Assembly: GCA_028278345.1 (NCBI GenBank)
Contig: JANQEL010000206.1
Span: forward strand, 2,341 to 66,340
Length of the DNA: 64,000 nucleotides
DNA from: Myxococcota bacterium
GTDB taxonomy: Bacteria > Myxococcota_A > UBA9160 > UBA4427
Direction of reading: 5' to 3'
Under the pieces are notes generated by a model. That model saw only the letters and a program-made list of their open reading frames with translations. It was not told the origin of the DNA and did no database searches. The position numbers and the translations under genes were made by a program. Shown one piece after another: positions 50,156-62,091 of this stretch (positions are counted from its first letter, which is position 1; each line of letters starts with the position of its first letter).

Positions 50156-53100
50156 ATGCCCCTTCCTCCGCTGGCCCGCCGCCTGGGTCTGCTCGTCGTC
50201 GTTCTCCACCTCCTTCTATTGCCCCCGGCGGTCGCGCTGGCCGACGCCGTGAACGGCGAGTGGGGGCCGGTGATCGCCTGGCCGCACATACCCGTGTCGG
50301 CTGCGAACCTCCCGGATGGACGCATCCTCACCTGGTCGGGCAGTGAGCGGGACACCTGGCCCACCGACGAACAGACCTACAGCGCGACCTGGAACCCCGA
50401 GACGAACGAGTTCATCGAGATCTTCCACGACGGGCACAACATGTTCTGTGCCCATCTCGCCATGATGGAAGACGGCCAGGTATTCGTGAACGGCGGGCGC
50501 AACCAGACGAACAGCCCGTGGACGAGCCTCTTCGACTACCGCGACGACCAGTGGACGCAGATCGAAGACATGGCGACCGGGGGTCGCTGGTACGCGGTCA
50601 CGCTGGCCATGCCCAATGGTGAGATCATCACCAACATGGGTACGGCGTCGAACTTCCGGAACCCGGAGAAGTGGTCGGAGGAAGGAAGCTGGGAGGTCCT
50701 GAACGGCATCGATTGGAATGCGATGCGCACGCGTCGCGATGGCACCGACGGTGATCGCCGCTGGTGGGCCAACCTGACGATCACCCCCTTCGGTGAGATC
50801 TTCCACTTCTGGGATACGGTCGAAAGTCACCTGATCGATCCGACGGGGGTCGGGAGTTTCCGCGACGCCGGTCTGGTCGCGGACTCGAGCGACTACTCGC
50901 CTGGCGTGGCGATCCAGTTCGCCGAAGGCAAGATGCTCGTGGCGGGCGGCAACCAGGGCAGCTGGGATACCGGCTCGCAACGTCAGGCCTTCGTCGTCGA
51001 TCTGAACGGCACGCCCACCATCACCGGTACGGGCGACATGAACCGCCGACGCACCTTCGCGAATCTCGTGACCCTGCCGAACGGTGAGGTGATCGCCATC
51101 GGAGGCAATACTTCGGGGCAGGGGTTCAGCGACGTAGGCACGGTCTACGAAGCCGAGATCTGGAACCCCGACACCGGCAGCTGGCGTCTCGTCGCCGCGA
51201 TGAGCGTGCCGCGCAACTATCACTCGACCGCGTTGCTGTTGACCGACGGCCGGGTGCTCGCCGCCGGCGGTGGCTACGGCGCCAGCAATCCGATCCCCGC
51301 GAATCACCAGGATGGCCAGGTCTACACGCCTCCCTATCTCTTCTCACCGGCGGGCGGGCTCGCCACGCGCCCCGATATCTCTTCGGCGCCGGGCACGGTG
51401 ATCCACGGAAACGACATCGCGCTCACGGCGACGCCGGGGATGGATCGCTTCACGATGGTCCGGATGGCCTCGACCACCCACGCGGTGAACACCGACACGC
51501 GCTTCCACGAGGTGGCGTTCAGCGAGGACGCGCCGGGCAGCTACACCCTGAGTCCGACCGACAATCCGAATCTCCTGCTGCCGGGCTATTGGATGTTGTT
51601 CGCGATCGATGCGGCGGGTGTTCCTTCCGTTGCGCACGTGATTCGCGTCGGCCGCGCCATCGCAGACGAGCCGTGGCAGTTCGTCAAGTTGACTTCGCTT
51701 TCGGAAGAGAACGGTCAGAGCTTCGCGGCGATCGCCGAACTCGGCGTCTACGACGGAAACGGCGAGGCGATCGACTCCGCGCTGTGGACGGCGAGCGCGG
51801 ACAGTGAAGCGAGCGGCAACGGTGCTGCGCTGGGCATCGACGGTGATCCCGGCACGTTCTGGATGAGCGAGACGAGCGGCGCACCCCACCCTCACGAGTT
51901 CGTGTTGGATCTCGGGCGCGGCCACGAGATCACGGGGATCTCCTACCTGCCGCGGCAGGACAGCGCCGATGGACGCATCGAGCAGTACGAGGTGCGGCTC
52001 TCCGAGGACGGCATCACCTACACCCCCGCGCTCGCGCGCGGCAGCTTCGAACCCTTCGCGGGCGGCGGCACCGCGATCGAGTCGCTCGCGCCCGCCCACT
52101 ACCAGCTCGGCGTGCTCTCTGCCGACGAGCCCGTCTTCATCGATCGCTCGTACGTCTATACCTCGGTCCCGTCGGATCTCGAGGGCGCGACCTCGGTGCA
52201 GACGGCGAACAACGACAAGCGCATGCCGATCAGCATCACGATCGGGCTCTCGGCCCCGCGCACCGTCTACCTCGGCTGGGACGATCGCGTGGCCGCGATT
52301 CCCTCCTGGCTCGCCAGCTGGGAACTCGTGCCCGACTGGTTGATCGAAACCGACGACACGAACTTCCGTGTCTACCGCCAGGGCTTCCCGGCGGGCGATG
52401 TGGTGCTCGGCGAAACCGAGAACACCAGCGGTCCCCTCTCGATGTATGTGATCGCGATTACCGACGGTCCACCGGCGCAGGATGTCTACTTCGACACCGA
52501 GGTCCCAGTGGTCGACGTCGAGATCGACGCCTCTCCCGCCGCCGCCACCGATTCGGAAATCGCCTTCTCGGCAACGCCGGCCGCGACCCTCGAGTACCAG
52601 TGGTCCTTCGGCGACGGTTCGGCACCGACTGTCTTCGACTCCGATCCCACGGCCCTCCACACCTTCGTCGCGCCGGGACGCTACAACGTCGTACTCACCG
52701 TGCGCGATACGGTCAGCGGGGACGAGCAGTCGTACTCGATCACGCAGATCATCTACGACGCCTCGATCGATCCCCTCGACGACGGGCTGCGGCGGCTCTC
52801 CTCTTCGAGCGTCGCCTACCATCCGACGCGCGACGAAATCTGGAACGTGAACCCCGACAACGACACGGTCGCAGCGGTCGATCCCTCGATGCTGCTGCCC
52901 GCAGCCGAGGTCGGTGTCGGCGATGAACCCCGCGCGCTGGCCGTGGCTCCGGACGGGCGCGTCTGGGTGGTTTCGAAGGGCGCGTCCCAGATCGACATCG
53001 TCGATCCGCTCACGCGCACCGTCGACGAAACGATCGCGCTCTCCGATGGTGTCGAAGGCCGCTCGCCTCATGGCCTGGTGTTCGCGCCTTCGGGTGCCGT

Positions 53101-56100
53101 CGCGTACGTGGCCCTCGAGGATTCGGGTGAAGTCGTCGAGATCGACGTCTCGACCCGCACCCTCGCGCGCATCGCGCTCGTCGGTTCGACGCCGCGGCAT
53201 CTCGCCGTCTCGCCCGATGGCACGACCCTCTACGTTTCGCGCTTCATCACGCCTCCCGTTCCCGGCGAAGACACCCTCGCTCCGGATCCCCTCTCGGGCG
53301 GTGGCGAGGTCGTCGCTCTCGATACCTCCGACTTCACGACCATGAGCACCATCGTCGTGCACTACAGCGACGATCTGGAGACGGAGAACACGGGCCCCGG
53401 TCTTCCCAACTACCTCGGTCCACTGGCGATCTCGCCCGATGCCCAGGTGGCCTACCTGCCTTCGAAGCAGGACAACGTGCTCGGCGGGGAAGGGCGGCCG
53501 GGCACCGACCTCGACTTCGATCACACGGTGCGCGCGATCAGCTCGCGCATCGATCTCGCGAGTGAGCTCGAAGAGACGTCGGACCGCATCGATCACGACA
53601 ACGCATCGGTGGCGAGCCACGCGGCCTTCGGTCCCTTCGGTGTGCATCTCTTCACCGCTCTCGAGGGCAATCGCCAGGTCGCGGTGAGCGACACGCTGGT
53701 CGATAGCGAGATCGCGCGCTTCGATGTCGGGCGCGCGCCCCAGGGTCTTGCGCTCTCCCCGGATGGCACGCGCATCGCGGTCCACAACTTCATGGATCGC
53801 ACGGTCGAGGTGATCGACGTCGCGGACATCGTCGTGCACGGCGGCATCAGCGTGGTGTCGTTGGGCACGGTTTCGACCGTGGCCAACGAATCGCTTTCGG
53901 CCCCGGTACTCCTCGGCAAGCAGCACTTCTACGACGCGCGCGACGATCGCCTCGCGGGGCTCGACTACATGTCGTGCGCTTCGTGTCACAACGCGGCGGG
54001 AAGCGACGGTCGTATCTGGGACTTCACCCAGTTCGGTGAAGGTCTGCGCACCACGATCGCCCTCGAAGGTCACGGACAGGAGAACGGTCCCCTTCACTGG
54101 TCGGCGAACTTCGACGAGGTGCAGGACTTCGAAGGGCAGATTCGCAGCTTCGCTCTCGGTCTCGGCTTGATGGAGGACGCCGACTTCGAGGCCGGCACGC
54201 GCAGCGATCCCCTGGGCGATCCCAAGGCGGGCTTGAGTCCCGACCTGGATGCGTTGGCCGCGTATGTCGAGTCCCTCTCGACGGTGGGCGTGAGTCCCCA
54301 TCGCGAAGCCAACGGCGATCTCACGGTCGATGCGTTGGCGGGACGCGCACTGTTCGAAAACCTCGCGTGCGAGAGTTGTCACTCGGGTTCGACCTTCACC
54401 GACAGTGCAACCCTCGCGATGCACGACGTCGGGACGCTCTTCCCGGCTTCGGGTCCGCAGACGGCCCTCGATACCCCCACCCTGCTCGGGCTCTGGGCGA
54501 CGGGTCCCTACCTGCACGACGGTTCGGCGCCGACGCTCCAGGAGGCCATCGTCGCCCACACGACGCTCGGGCTTTCGCTCACCGCTGGCGAGCTCGATCA
54601 GCTCTCCGCCTATCTGCTGCAGATCGACGATCTCGAGAGCGCCGCATGGTCGCCGCCCGATAGCGATGGCGATGGTTTCCACGACGGTATCGACGCGTTC
54701 CCGAACGACCCGAACGAGTGGGCCGATAGCGACGGCGATGGTGTCGGCGACAACGGAGATGCCTTTCCCCTCGATCCGACTGAAACGACGGATAGCGATG
54801 ACGACGGCGTCGGCGACAATGCGGATGCCTTCCCGAACGATCCCACCGAAACTGCAGACAGTGACGGCGACGGTGTGGGCGACAACGCGGACGCCTTCCC
54901 GAATGATCCGACCGAAACCGTCGACAGCGACGGCGACGGTGTCGGCGACAATGGGGACGTCTTCCCCGCCGATCCGACCGAGTGGGCCGATCGCGATGGC
55001 GATGGAATCGGCGACAACAGCGATCCCTACCCGGACGATCCGACCAACACGCCTCCTGCGACTGTGGGCCAGCTGCATCACGAAGTGATCAGCGGCGTCG
55101 GGTCTGGCTGGCAGACCGTGACGTTGCCCGCGACCTATGCCGACATGGTCGTGGTGGCGGGTGTCGTCTACGAGGCGAGCGATCTACCCGCGGTAGCGCG
55201 CGTGCGCAACGCCGGTGGCAACGCCTTCGAGCTGCGCGTCCAGAACCCGAGTGACACGGCCCTTTCGGGCTACACCGTGAACGTCCTGGTCGCCGAAGCG
55301 GGGCAGTACACGACGGCCGACGACGGGATCCAGTTCGAGGCGCGCAAGCGACCCTCGAGCGTGACCGACCACGACGGCAGTTGGGTGGGCGAAACGGAGA
55401 GCTACCTCAACAGCTACACCGCACCGGTCGTGATCGGTCAGGTGATGACCGAGAACGACGCCGACTGGAGCGCGTTCTGGTCGTCCGACGGCAACCGCAA
55501 CAATCCCGCCGACGCGGACGGCTTGAGCGTGGGTAAACACGTCGCCGAGGATTCGGACATCACGCGCGCCGATGAAACGCTGGGCTTCATGGTCTTCGAA
55601 GCCGGGGTGAGCGAAGCAGGTACCGTCTCGATCGAAGCCGGCATCACCGGGGATTCGGTGGAAGGCATCGTCGAAGGTGCCGCCCCGTGGTCATTCCCGG
55701 TTTCGAGCGTCGACGGCACAGCGGTCTCGACCCTCGCGGGCATGGATGGTGCGAACGGGGGCTGGTCGGTGCTCTACGGTGCCGATGCGCTTTCCGGGGG
55801 CAACCTCGCCGTCGCGATCGACGAGGACCAGATCCTCGACAGCGAACGGGACCGCACCACCGAGCAGGTCGCATATGTGATCGCCCGAGACATCGTACCG
55901 CCCGACCCGGATCCCGATCCCGACACGCCGCCCGTGGCGTCGCTCCTGCCGGCGCACTACACGCTCGGCGTGCTCGCCGCGGGAGAGCCGGTCTTCATCG
56001 ATCGCGGTTATACCTACACCGCGATTCCGGCCGAGATCGATGGCATCACTGCGATCAACACGGCGAACAACGACAAGCGCCTCGACATCGACATGCGCAT

Positions 56101-56323
56101 CGAACTCGCGCGGCCGGCCACGGTCTACGTGGGCTTCGACGTGCGTGTGCCCGACCAGCCCTCGTGGCTCGTGGGGTGGGAACTCGTGTCGGGTTGGACG
56201 ATCGAAACCGACGACACCGATTACGACGTCTATCGCCAGAGCTTCCCGGCGGGCGAGGTCTCACTCGGAGGCACGGAAGCCGCCACGGGCAGCGTCTCGA
56301 TGTACGTGGTGGGGGTGGAGTAG
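50156..56323 (+). CDS. Large exported multidomain protein: galactose-oxidase-like copper radical oxidase, F5/8 type C (CBM32-like), unknown duplicated domain, PKD, YVTN beta-propeller, di-heme cytochrome c peroxidase, TSP3-like repeats, lectin-like region
   Basis: Signal peptide (...AVALA). Oxidase motifs HNMFC, RWY, RNYHS, TTHAVN, PGYWMLF. Discoidin YLPRQD. PKD WSFGDG. Heme sites CASCH and CESCH. DxDxDG repeats. Start is ATG 50156 or a nearby upstream ATG. Confidence 0.88.
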   Translation: MPLPPLARRLGLLVVVLHLLLLPPAVALADAVNGEWGPVIAWPHIPVSAANLPDGRILTWSGSERDTWPTDEQTYSATWNPETNEFIEIFHDGHNMFCAHLAMMEDGQVFVNGGRNQTNSPWTSLFDYRDDQWTQIEDMATGGRWYAVTLAMPNGEIITNMGTASNFRNPEKWSEEGSWEVLNGIDWNAMRTRRDGTDGDRRWWANLTITPFGEIFHFWDTVESHLIDPTGVGSFRDAGLVADSSDYSPGVAIQFAEGKMLVAGGNQGSWDTGSQRQAFVVDLNGTPTITGTGDMNRRRTFANLVTLPNGEVIAIGGNTSGQGFSDVGTVYEAEIWNPDTGSWRLVAAMSVPRNYHSTALLLTDGRVLAAGGGYGASNPIPANHQDGQVYTPPYLFSPAGGLATRPDISSAPGTVIHGNDIALTATPGMDRFTMVRMASTTHAVNTDTRFHEVAFSEDAPGSYTLSPTDNPNLLLPGYWMLFAIDAAGVPSVAHVIRVGRAIADEPWQFVKLTSLSEENGQSFAAIAELGVYDGNGEAIDSALWTASADSEASGNGAALGIDGDPGTFWMSETSGAPHPHEFVLDLGRGHEITGISYLPRQDSADGRIEQYEVRLSEDGITYTPALARGSFEPFAGGGTAIESLAPAHYQLGVLSADEPVFIDRSYVYTSVPSDLEGATSVQTANNDKRMPISITIGLSAPRTVYLGWDDRVAAIPSWLASWELVPDWLIETDDTNFRVYRQGFPAGDVVLGETENTSGPLSMYVIAITDGPPAQDVYFDTEVPVVDVEIDASPAAATDSEIAFSATPAATLEYQWSFGDGSAPTVFDSDPTALHTFVAPGRYNVVLTVRDTVSGDEQSYSITQIIYDASIDPLDDGLRRLSSSSVAYHPTRDEIWNVNPDNDTVAAVDPSMLLPAAEVGVGDEPRALAVAPDGRVWVVSKGASQIDIVDPLTRTVDETIALSDGVEGRSPHGLVFAPSGAVAYVALEDSGEVVEIDVSTRTLARIALVGSTPRHLAVSPDGTTLYVSRFITPPVPGEDTLAPDPLSGGGEVVALDTSDFTTMSTIVVHYSDDLETENTGPGLPNYLGPLAISPDAQVAYLPSKQDNVLGGEGRPGTDLDFDHTVRAISSRIDLASELEETSDRIDHDNASVASHAAFGPFGVHLFTALEGNRQVAVSDTLVDSEIARFDVGRAPQGLALSPDGTRIAVHNFMDRTVEVIDVADIVVHGGISVVSLGTVSTVANESLSAPVLLGKQHFYDARDDRLAGLDYMSCASCHNAAGSDGRIWDFTQFGEGLRTTIALEGHGQENGPLHWSANFDEVQDFEGQIRSFALGLGLMEDADFEAGTRSDPLGDPKAGLSPDLDALAAYVESLSTVGVSPHREANGDLTVDALAGRALFENLACESCHSGSTFTDSATLAMHDVGTLFPASGPQTALDTPTLLGLWATGPYLHDGSAPTLQEAIVAHTTLGLSLTAGELDQLSAYLLQIDDLESAAWSPPDSDGDGFHDGIDAFPNDPNEWADSDGDGVGDNGDAFPLDPTETTDSDDDGVGDNADAFPNDPTETADSDGDGVGDNADAFPNDPTETVDSDGDGVGDNGDVFPADPTEWADRDGDGIGDNSDPYPDDPTNTPPATVGQLHHEVISGVGSGWQTVTLPATYADMVVVAGVVYEASDLPAVARVRNAGGNAFELRVQNPSDTALSGYTVNVLVAEAGQYTTADDGIQFEARKRPSSVTDHDGSWVGETESYLNSYTAPVVIGQVMTENDADWSAFWSSDGNRNNPADADGLSVGKHVAEDSDITRADETLGFMVFEAGVSEAGTVSIEAGITGDSVEGIVEGAAPWSFPVSSVDGTAVSTLAGMDGANGGWSVLYGADALSGGNLAVAIDEDQILDSERDRTTEQVAYVIARDIVPPDPDPDPDTPPVASLLPAHYTLGVLAAGEPVFIDRGYTYTAIPAEIDGITAINTANNDKRLDIDMRIELARPATVYVGFDVRVPDQPSWLVGWELVSGWTIETDDTDYDVYRQSFPAGEVSLGGTEAATGSVSMYVVGVE
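54659..55048 (+). repeat. Six tandem 66-nt (22-aa) thrombospondin type-3-like Ca-binding repeats within the large CDS
   Basis: DSDGDGVGDNADAFPNDPTET(A/T/V)-type unit repeated six times. The last copy is slightly shorter. Confidence 0.88.
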
Positions 56324-56346
56324 CGAGTCGAAGCGCCGCGACCGAA

Positions 56347-58378
<2,032 letters not shown>

Positions 58379-58389
<11 letters not shown>

Positions 58390-60121
58390 CGTCGTCGCGC
58401 CCGACCAGCCGCACGACGCGGCCTTCGGGTAGGCCATCGCGGGTGTCCGGAGCGCCGAGTCGTGCGGCATCGGCCGAAAGGTCGTCCGGCTGCTCTTGTG
58501 AATCGCGCTCGGCCTGGACGCGCAGCCGGTAGTGGTCGGTCTCGCGTTGGGTGGTCTCGTCGTCCCAACTGAGCACCCGCGCCATCTCTTCAGCGACGCA
58601 GGGTGCCGATTCGACGCCGCGGTGGAAGGTTTCGATCGAGATGCGGGTGCGCCGGGTGAGCACGTCGTCGAGGTGGAGGGCGCCTTCGTGGCTGGCCGCG
58701 TAGGCAGCCTCGACGCGCAGGTAGGTCTTCGTGCCGGGGATCGTTTCGGCCAGCTCGGGGCGCTCTTCGATCATCGCGAGCAGATCGAAGATGCGCGTGC
58801 CGTGACGCGAGAGCAGATGCTCGATCTGTTGTCGGTGAAGGCCGGTCTCGGTGGCGATCGAACTGCGTCGGTTCCAGGTGGGATGAAAGCCGTCGGCCCC
58901 GATCAGGGGAAGGCTCGCGGTGCAGCTCGGCGGCACCTTGCGATCGAGGCTCTGCACCGCCACGTCGATGGCTTCTTCCGCCATCGGTCGGTAGGTCGTG
59001 TACTTCCCCCCGGCGACGGTGATCAAGCCCGAGACCGACTGCGACACGGCGTGGGTTCGCGACAGCTCGCTCGTGGCGTCGCTCTCGCCGTGGAGCAGGG
59101 GGCGCAGGCCGGCGTATACGCCCTCGATGTCTTCGTAGCGCAGGGGTGTCGCGAGTACGGCGTTGAGGGTGCCGAGCAGGTAGTCGATGTCGCTGCGGCT
59201 CGCCGCGGGGTGGGCGAGGTCGAGCTGCCAATCGGTATCCGTCGTGCCGATGATCCAGTGGTGCTTCCAGGGGATGACGAAGAGCACACTCTTCTCGGTT
59301 CGCAGCACGAGGCCGCAATCGCCGTGGATGCGATCGCGCGGCACCACCATGTGGATGCCCTTCGAGGCTCGCACCTTGATGCGTCCGCGCCCGGCCATGG
59401 CCTGCACCTGATCGGTCCACACGCCGGTCGCATTGATGAACTGCCGCGCGCGCACCAGGAACTCGTCGCCAGTCTCCATGCACGAGACGCGCGCGCCGGT
59501 GACGCGGCTCCCCGTTTCCTGGAGCTCGACGACCCGGGCACTGCTCATCACGGCGGCACCGTGGCTCACGGCGGTGCGGACGAGGGCGAGGGTGTGCCGC
59601 GCGTCGTCGACCTGTGCATCGGAGAACTCGATTCCGCCGACCAGCGCCTTCTTCGAAAGCCCGGGGAATCGTTTGAGCGCGCCACGACGGCTCCAGTGCT
59701 TGTGGGCTTCGAGGCTGCGATGTCCCGGTAGGGCGTCGTAGAGCATGACGCCGGCGCCGATGTAGGCGCGATCGATCAGCGGGCGGGTGAGAGGCATGAG
59801 GAAGCGGATGGGTCGCACGAGGTGGGGGCACAGGGTGTCGATCATCAGGCTCTGCTCGCGCAGGGCCTCGCGCACGAGATCGAACTGCATCTGCTCGAGG
59901 TAGCGGATGCCGCCGTGGATCAACTTGCTCGAGCGGCTCGAGGTGCCCGCAGCCCAATCGCGCCCTTCGATCAGCGCGACCGAGAGGCCGCGGCTCGCGG
60001 CGTCGAGGGCGGCGCCAGCGCCGGTGACACCGCCGCCGATGATGGCCACATCGAAGACCTCGTCTTCCAGGCGACGTCGCGCGCGTTCGCGTTGTGCGGG
60101 ATCGAGTCGGCTACTGAACAT
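58379..60121 (-). CDS. glpD: FAD-dependent glycerol-3-phosphate dehydrogenase
   Basis: IGGGVTGAG.ALDA..RG, GTSSRSSKLIHGG.RYL, GTTD, AGLRPL, GGKYTTYR. Confidence 0.92.
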
Positions 60122-60191
60122 CGGTGTGCATCGGCTTGCATGGCCCGTCGCCCGGGTTCGCGGCCGCGTTCCCGCTCTTGCGAAAGACTCG

Positions 60192-61178
60192 CTAGGGCGC
60201 GACCGAAGGCCCGGTATCGGCGGGCGCCGCGGGTGCGACGACCGCAGAGGTCGTTGGCGTATCCGACGAGCGTAGTGCGAACTGGGTTCGCTCGCTGTAG
60301 TCCATCGTGGTGCCGTCTTCGAGGACGACGGTCTGGCTGCGTTCTTCCTTGGCGAGAACGAGGCCGTGGCCGGGTGCGTACCAACGCGTCACGGTGATGT
60401 CACCGGAAGGAACTTCCATGCGTGTGCCGTAGGCTTCGACCACACCGGAGATCTCCCCGGTGAGTCGGATGACGAGGCACTGCTCGAAGTGACCCGCCGG
60501 CGTGTCCGCCGCCTGCACGCCGAGGACTTCGCCTTCGAGGCGCGTGTGGAGGTCTCGCTGACTGCGCACGCCGACCTCCCAGCGCTGGCCCGGCTCGGCG
60601 TCCGACTCGAGGATCGAGAGCGGCACCTCGTAGCGGGTGACGACATCGAGGGTGCTCGTGGGATCGGCGCTTCGTTCGGCCACGAGTTCGAGGCGCGAAC
60701 CCGAAACGCGCAGATACCGGGTGTGGCTCTCGCTGATTTCACCGCTGGCCGCCGTGCTCTTCGCGCGCAGCGTCGAATCGACGCGCACGACGTCGCTCCC
60801 GTAGTCGGGATCGCGCGGCGCGATCTCGTCGATGCGGGTGCCGCGGAGCTTCTCGATCTCGGCCTCCTGGCCTTCGACGGCGCGCGAGCGTTCGCGCAGA
60901 TAGAGATAGGTGGAGCGCGTGCCGGGTGCCGTGGGAATCCAGGCGCCGCCCTGGGCGGTGGGCTGCGGGTTCGCGACGGTCGTTTCGTCGACACCCTCGA
61001 TGGCGGCTTGCAGGGCTTCGGCTTCGACTGCGGTTTCCGCGGTCTGCGCTTCCTCTATGACTACCGCGGGCGCTTCCTCGCCGTTCGCCGTGCCTACGCA
61101 CACGACGAGCACGAAGCAGGTCATCGCCATCGCGAGGCGCAAATCGATCTTCGGGCACACACTCATGTGCAACTGCAT
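60192..61178 (-). CDS. Hypothetical exported beta-rich protein (true start may be a downstream Met)
   Basis: Signal peptide (MAMTCFVLVVCVGTANG), TPAGHFEQCL and WYAPGHGLV motifs resembling DUF3108-like proteins. Confidence 0.65.
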   Translation of the reverse strand: MQLHMSVCPKIDLRLAMAMTCFVLVVCVGTANGEEAPAVVIEEAQTAETAVEAEALQAAIEGVDETTVANPQPTAQGGAWIPTAPGTRSTYLYLRERSRAVEGQEAEIEKLRGTRIDEIAPRDPDYGSDVVRVDSTLRAKSTAASGEISESHTRYLRVSGSRLELVAERSADPTSTLDVVTRYEVPLSILESDAEPGQRWEVGVRSQRDLHTRLEGEVLGVQAADTPAGHFEQCLVIRLTGEISGVVEAYGTRMEVPSGDITVTRWYAPGHGLVLAKEERSQTVVLEDGTTMDYSERTQFALRSSDTPTTSAVVAPAAPADTGPSVAP

Positions 61179-61254
61179 CGGCGATCGACCCGAACGACTG
61201 AAGACTCCCCAGGGCCGGGCGGCGGGGCGTTGCAGTATGAGTCGAAGCCCGCGA

Positions 61255-61983
61255 TCAGACCGAAAGGCAGCGCGCGTGGCTCGTCACGATCGCGCGCAGG
61301 GTGTCCCACGCGGTGCGCCCCACGTCCTCGAAGCGCACCGCCATGCCGATCGGCAGGGTCGGTTGTGAGAGGTTTCCCGGCACGTTGGTGTAGAGCACGT
61401 TGGCGTCGAAGCTGAGCTCGCCATCGGGGGTGAGAAGGGCGACTTCGACCCGCGCGCCACTCATCGAGGGGCGCGGGGTCTCGAGAAACGCGCCGCCGGC
61501 CGAGAGGCTGTAGATCGAAACCAGCTTGCGGCGGCCGCCCACCGTCACCGTGGCCTGACCGACGACCGGAGCGCGGGTGTCGCAGCGCAGGAAGTCCTGG
61601 GTGTGTCGCGACATCGCGGCGTTGAGCTGGAAGCGCAGGGCGTTGTCGGCGATCGGGGTCCACAGCGCCCGCTCGACACCGGCCTCGCGCAACGTCGCGC
61701 GATGCTCGTCGTCGGGGGCCTCGCCCGTGGCGATGAAACACATGTCGGGCGAGTTCGCCTGCACGCGCAGGGAGTAGAGGGCTTCGGCGAGGTCGTAGGC
61801 GAGACCCATGGGTTCGATGAATGCCGCCGCGTACTCGACATTTCGCTCGTAGGCGAAGTCGATCGCCTCTTCGAGGGTCTTCACCCGGATCACGCGATGG
61901 TCGAGTGCGCGCACCCGTTCGGCCAGGTCGCCGAGGAGGGCGCCGTGATCTCCGAGCACGGCTATGGCGCGTTCGCGTTGCAA
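61255..61983 (-). CDS. Degenerate receiver-like domain fused to a PilZ domain
   Basis: TTG 61983 with a GGAGG RBS. REC-like fold has Glu at the phosphoacceptor position (FIE). RCDTR, SLSAGGAF, GMAVRF. Confidence 0.72.
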   Translation of the reverse strand: MQRERAIAVLGDHGALLGDLAERVRALDHRVIRVKTLEEAIDFAYERNVEYAAAFIEPMGLAYDLAEALYSLRVQANSPDMCFIATGEAPDDEHRATLREAGVERALWTPIADNALRFQLNAAMSRHTQDFLRCDTRAPVVGQATVTVGGRRKLVSIYSLSAGGAFLETPRPSMSGARVEVALLTPDGELSFDANVLYTNVPGNLSQPTLPIGMAVRFEDVGRTAWDTLRAIVTSHARCLSV

Positions 61984-62007
61984 GGGTGGCCTCCGCTGAT
62001 GCTGCGA

Positions 62008-62035
62008 TCTTCGGTGGACGGATGCTGCGGCTTGA
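62008..62035 (-). promoter_or_regulatory. Putative sigma-28-like promoter of the REC-PilZ gene
   Basis: Minus strand reads TCAAG...ACCGAAGA (TCAA-N16), 24 nt upstream of TTG 61983. Confidence 0.45.
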
Positions 62036-62091
62036 AGGCTCTCGCGGGGCCTGCTGCGCAAAACACCCGGCAGAGCGATAGCCTCCCCGCC

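Noticed and set aside
54659-55048. Regularly spaced repeats as a possible CRISPR array
   Set aside because: They are in-frame 66-nt coding repeats with synonymous variation, no unique spacers, and no cas genes.
51344-55081. 1245-aa minus-strand ORF and other long antisense ORFs (e.g. 27147..29918, 33453..35303, 38383..39993)
   Set aside because: They lie antisense to well-supported genes and have no motifs. Such shadow ORFs are expected at high GC.
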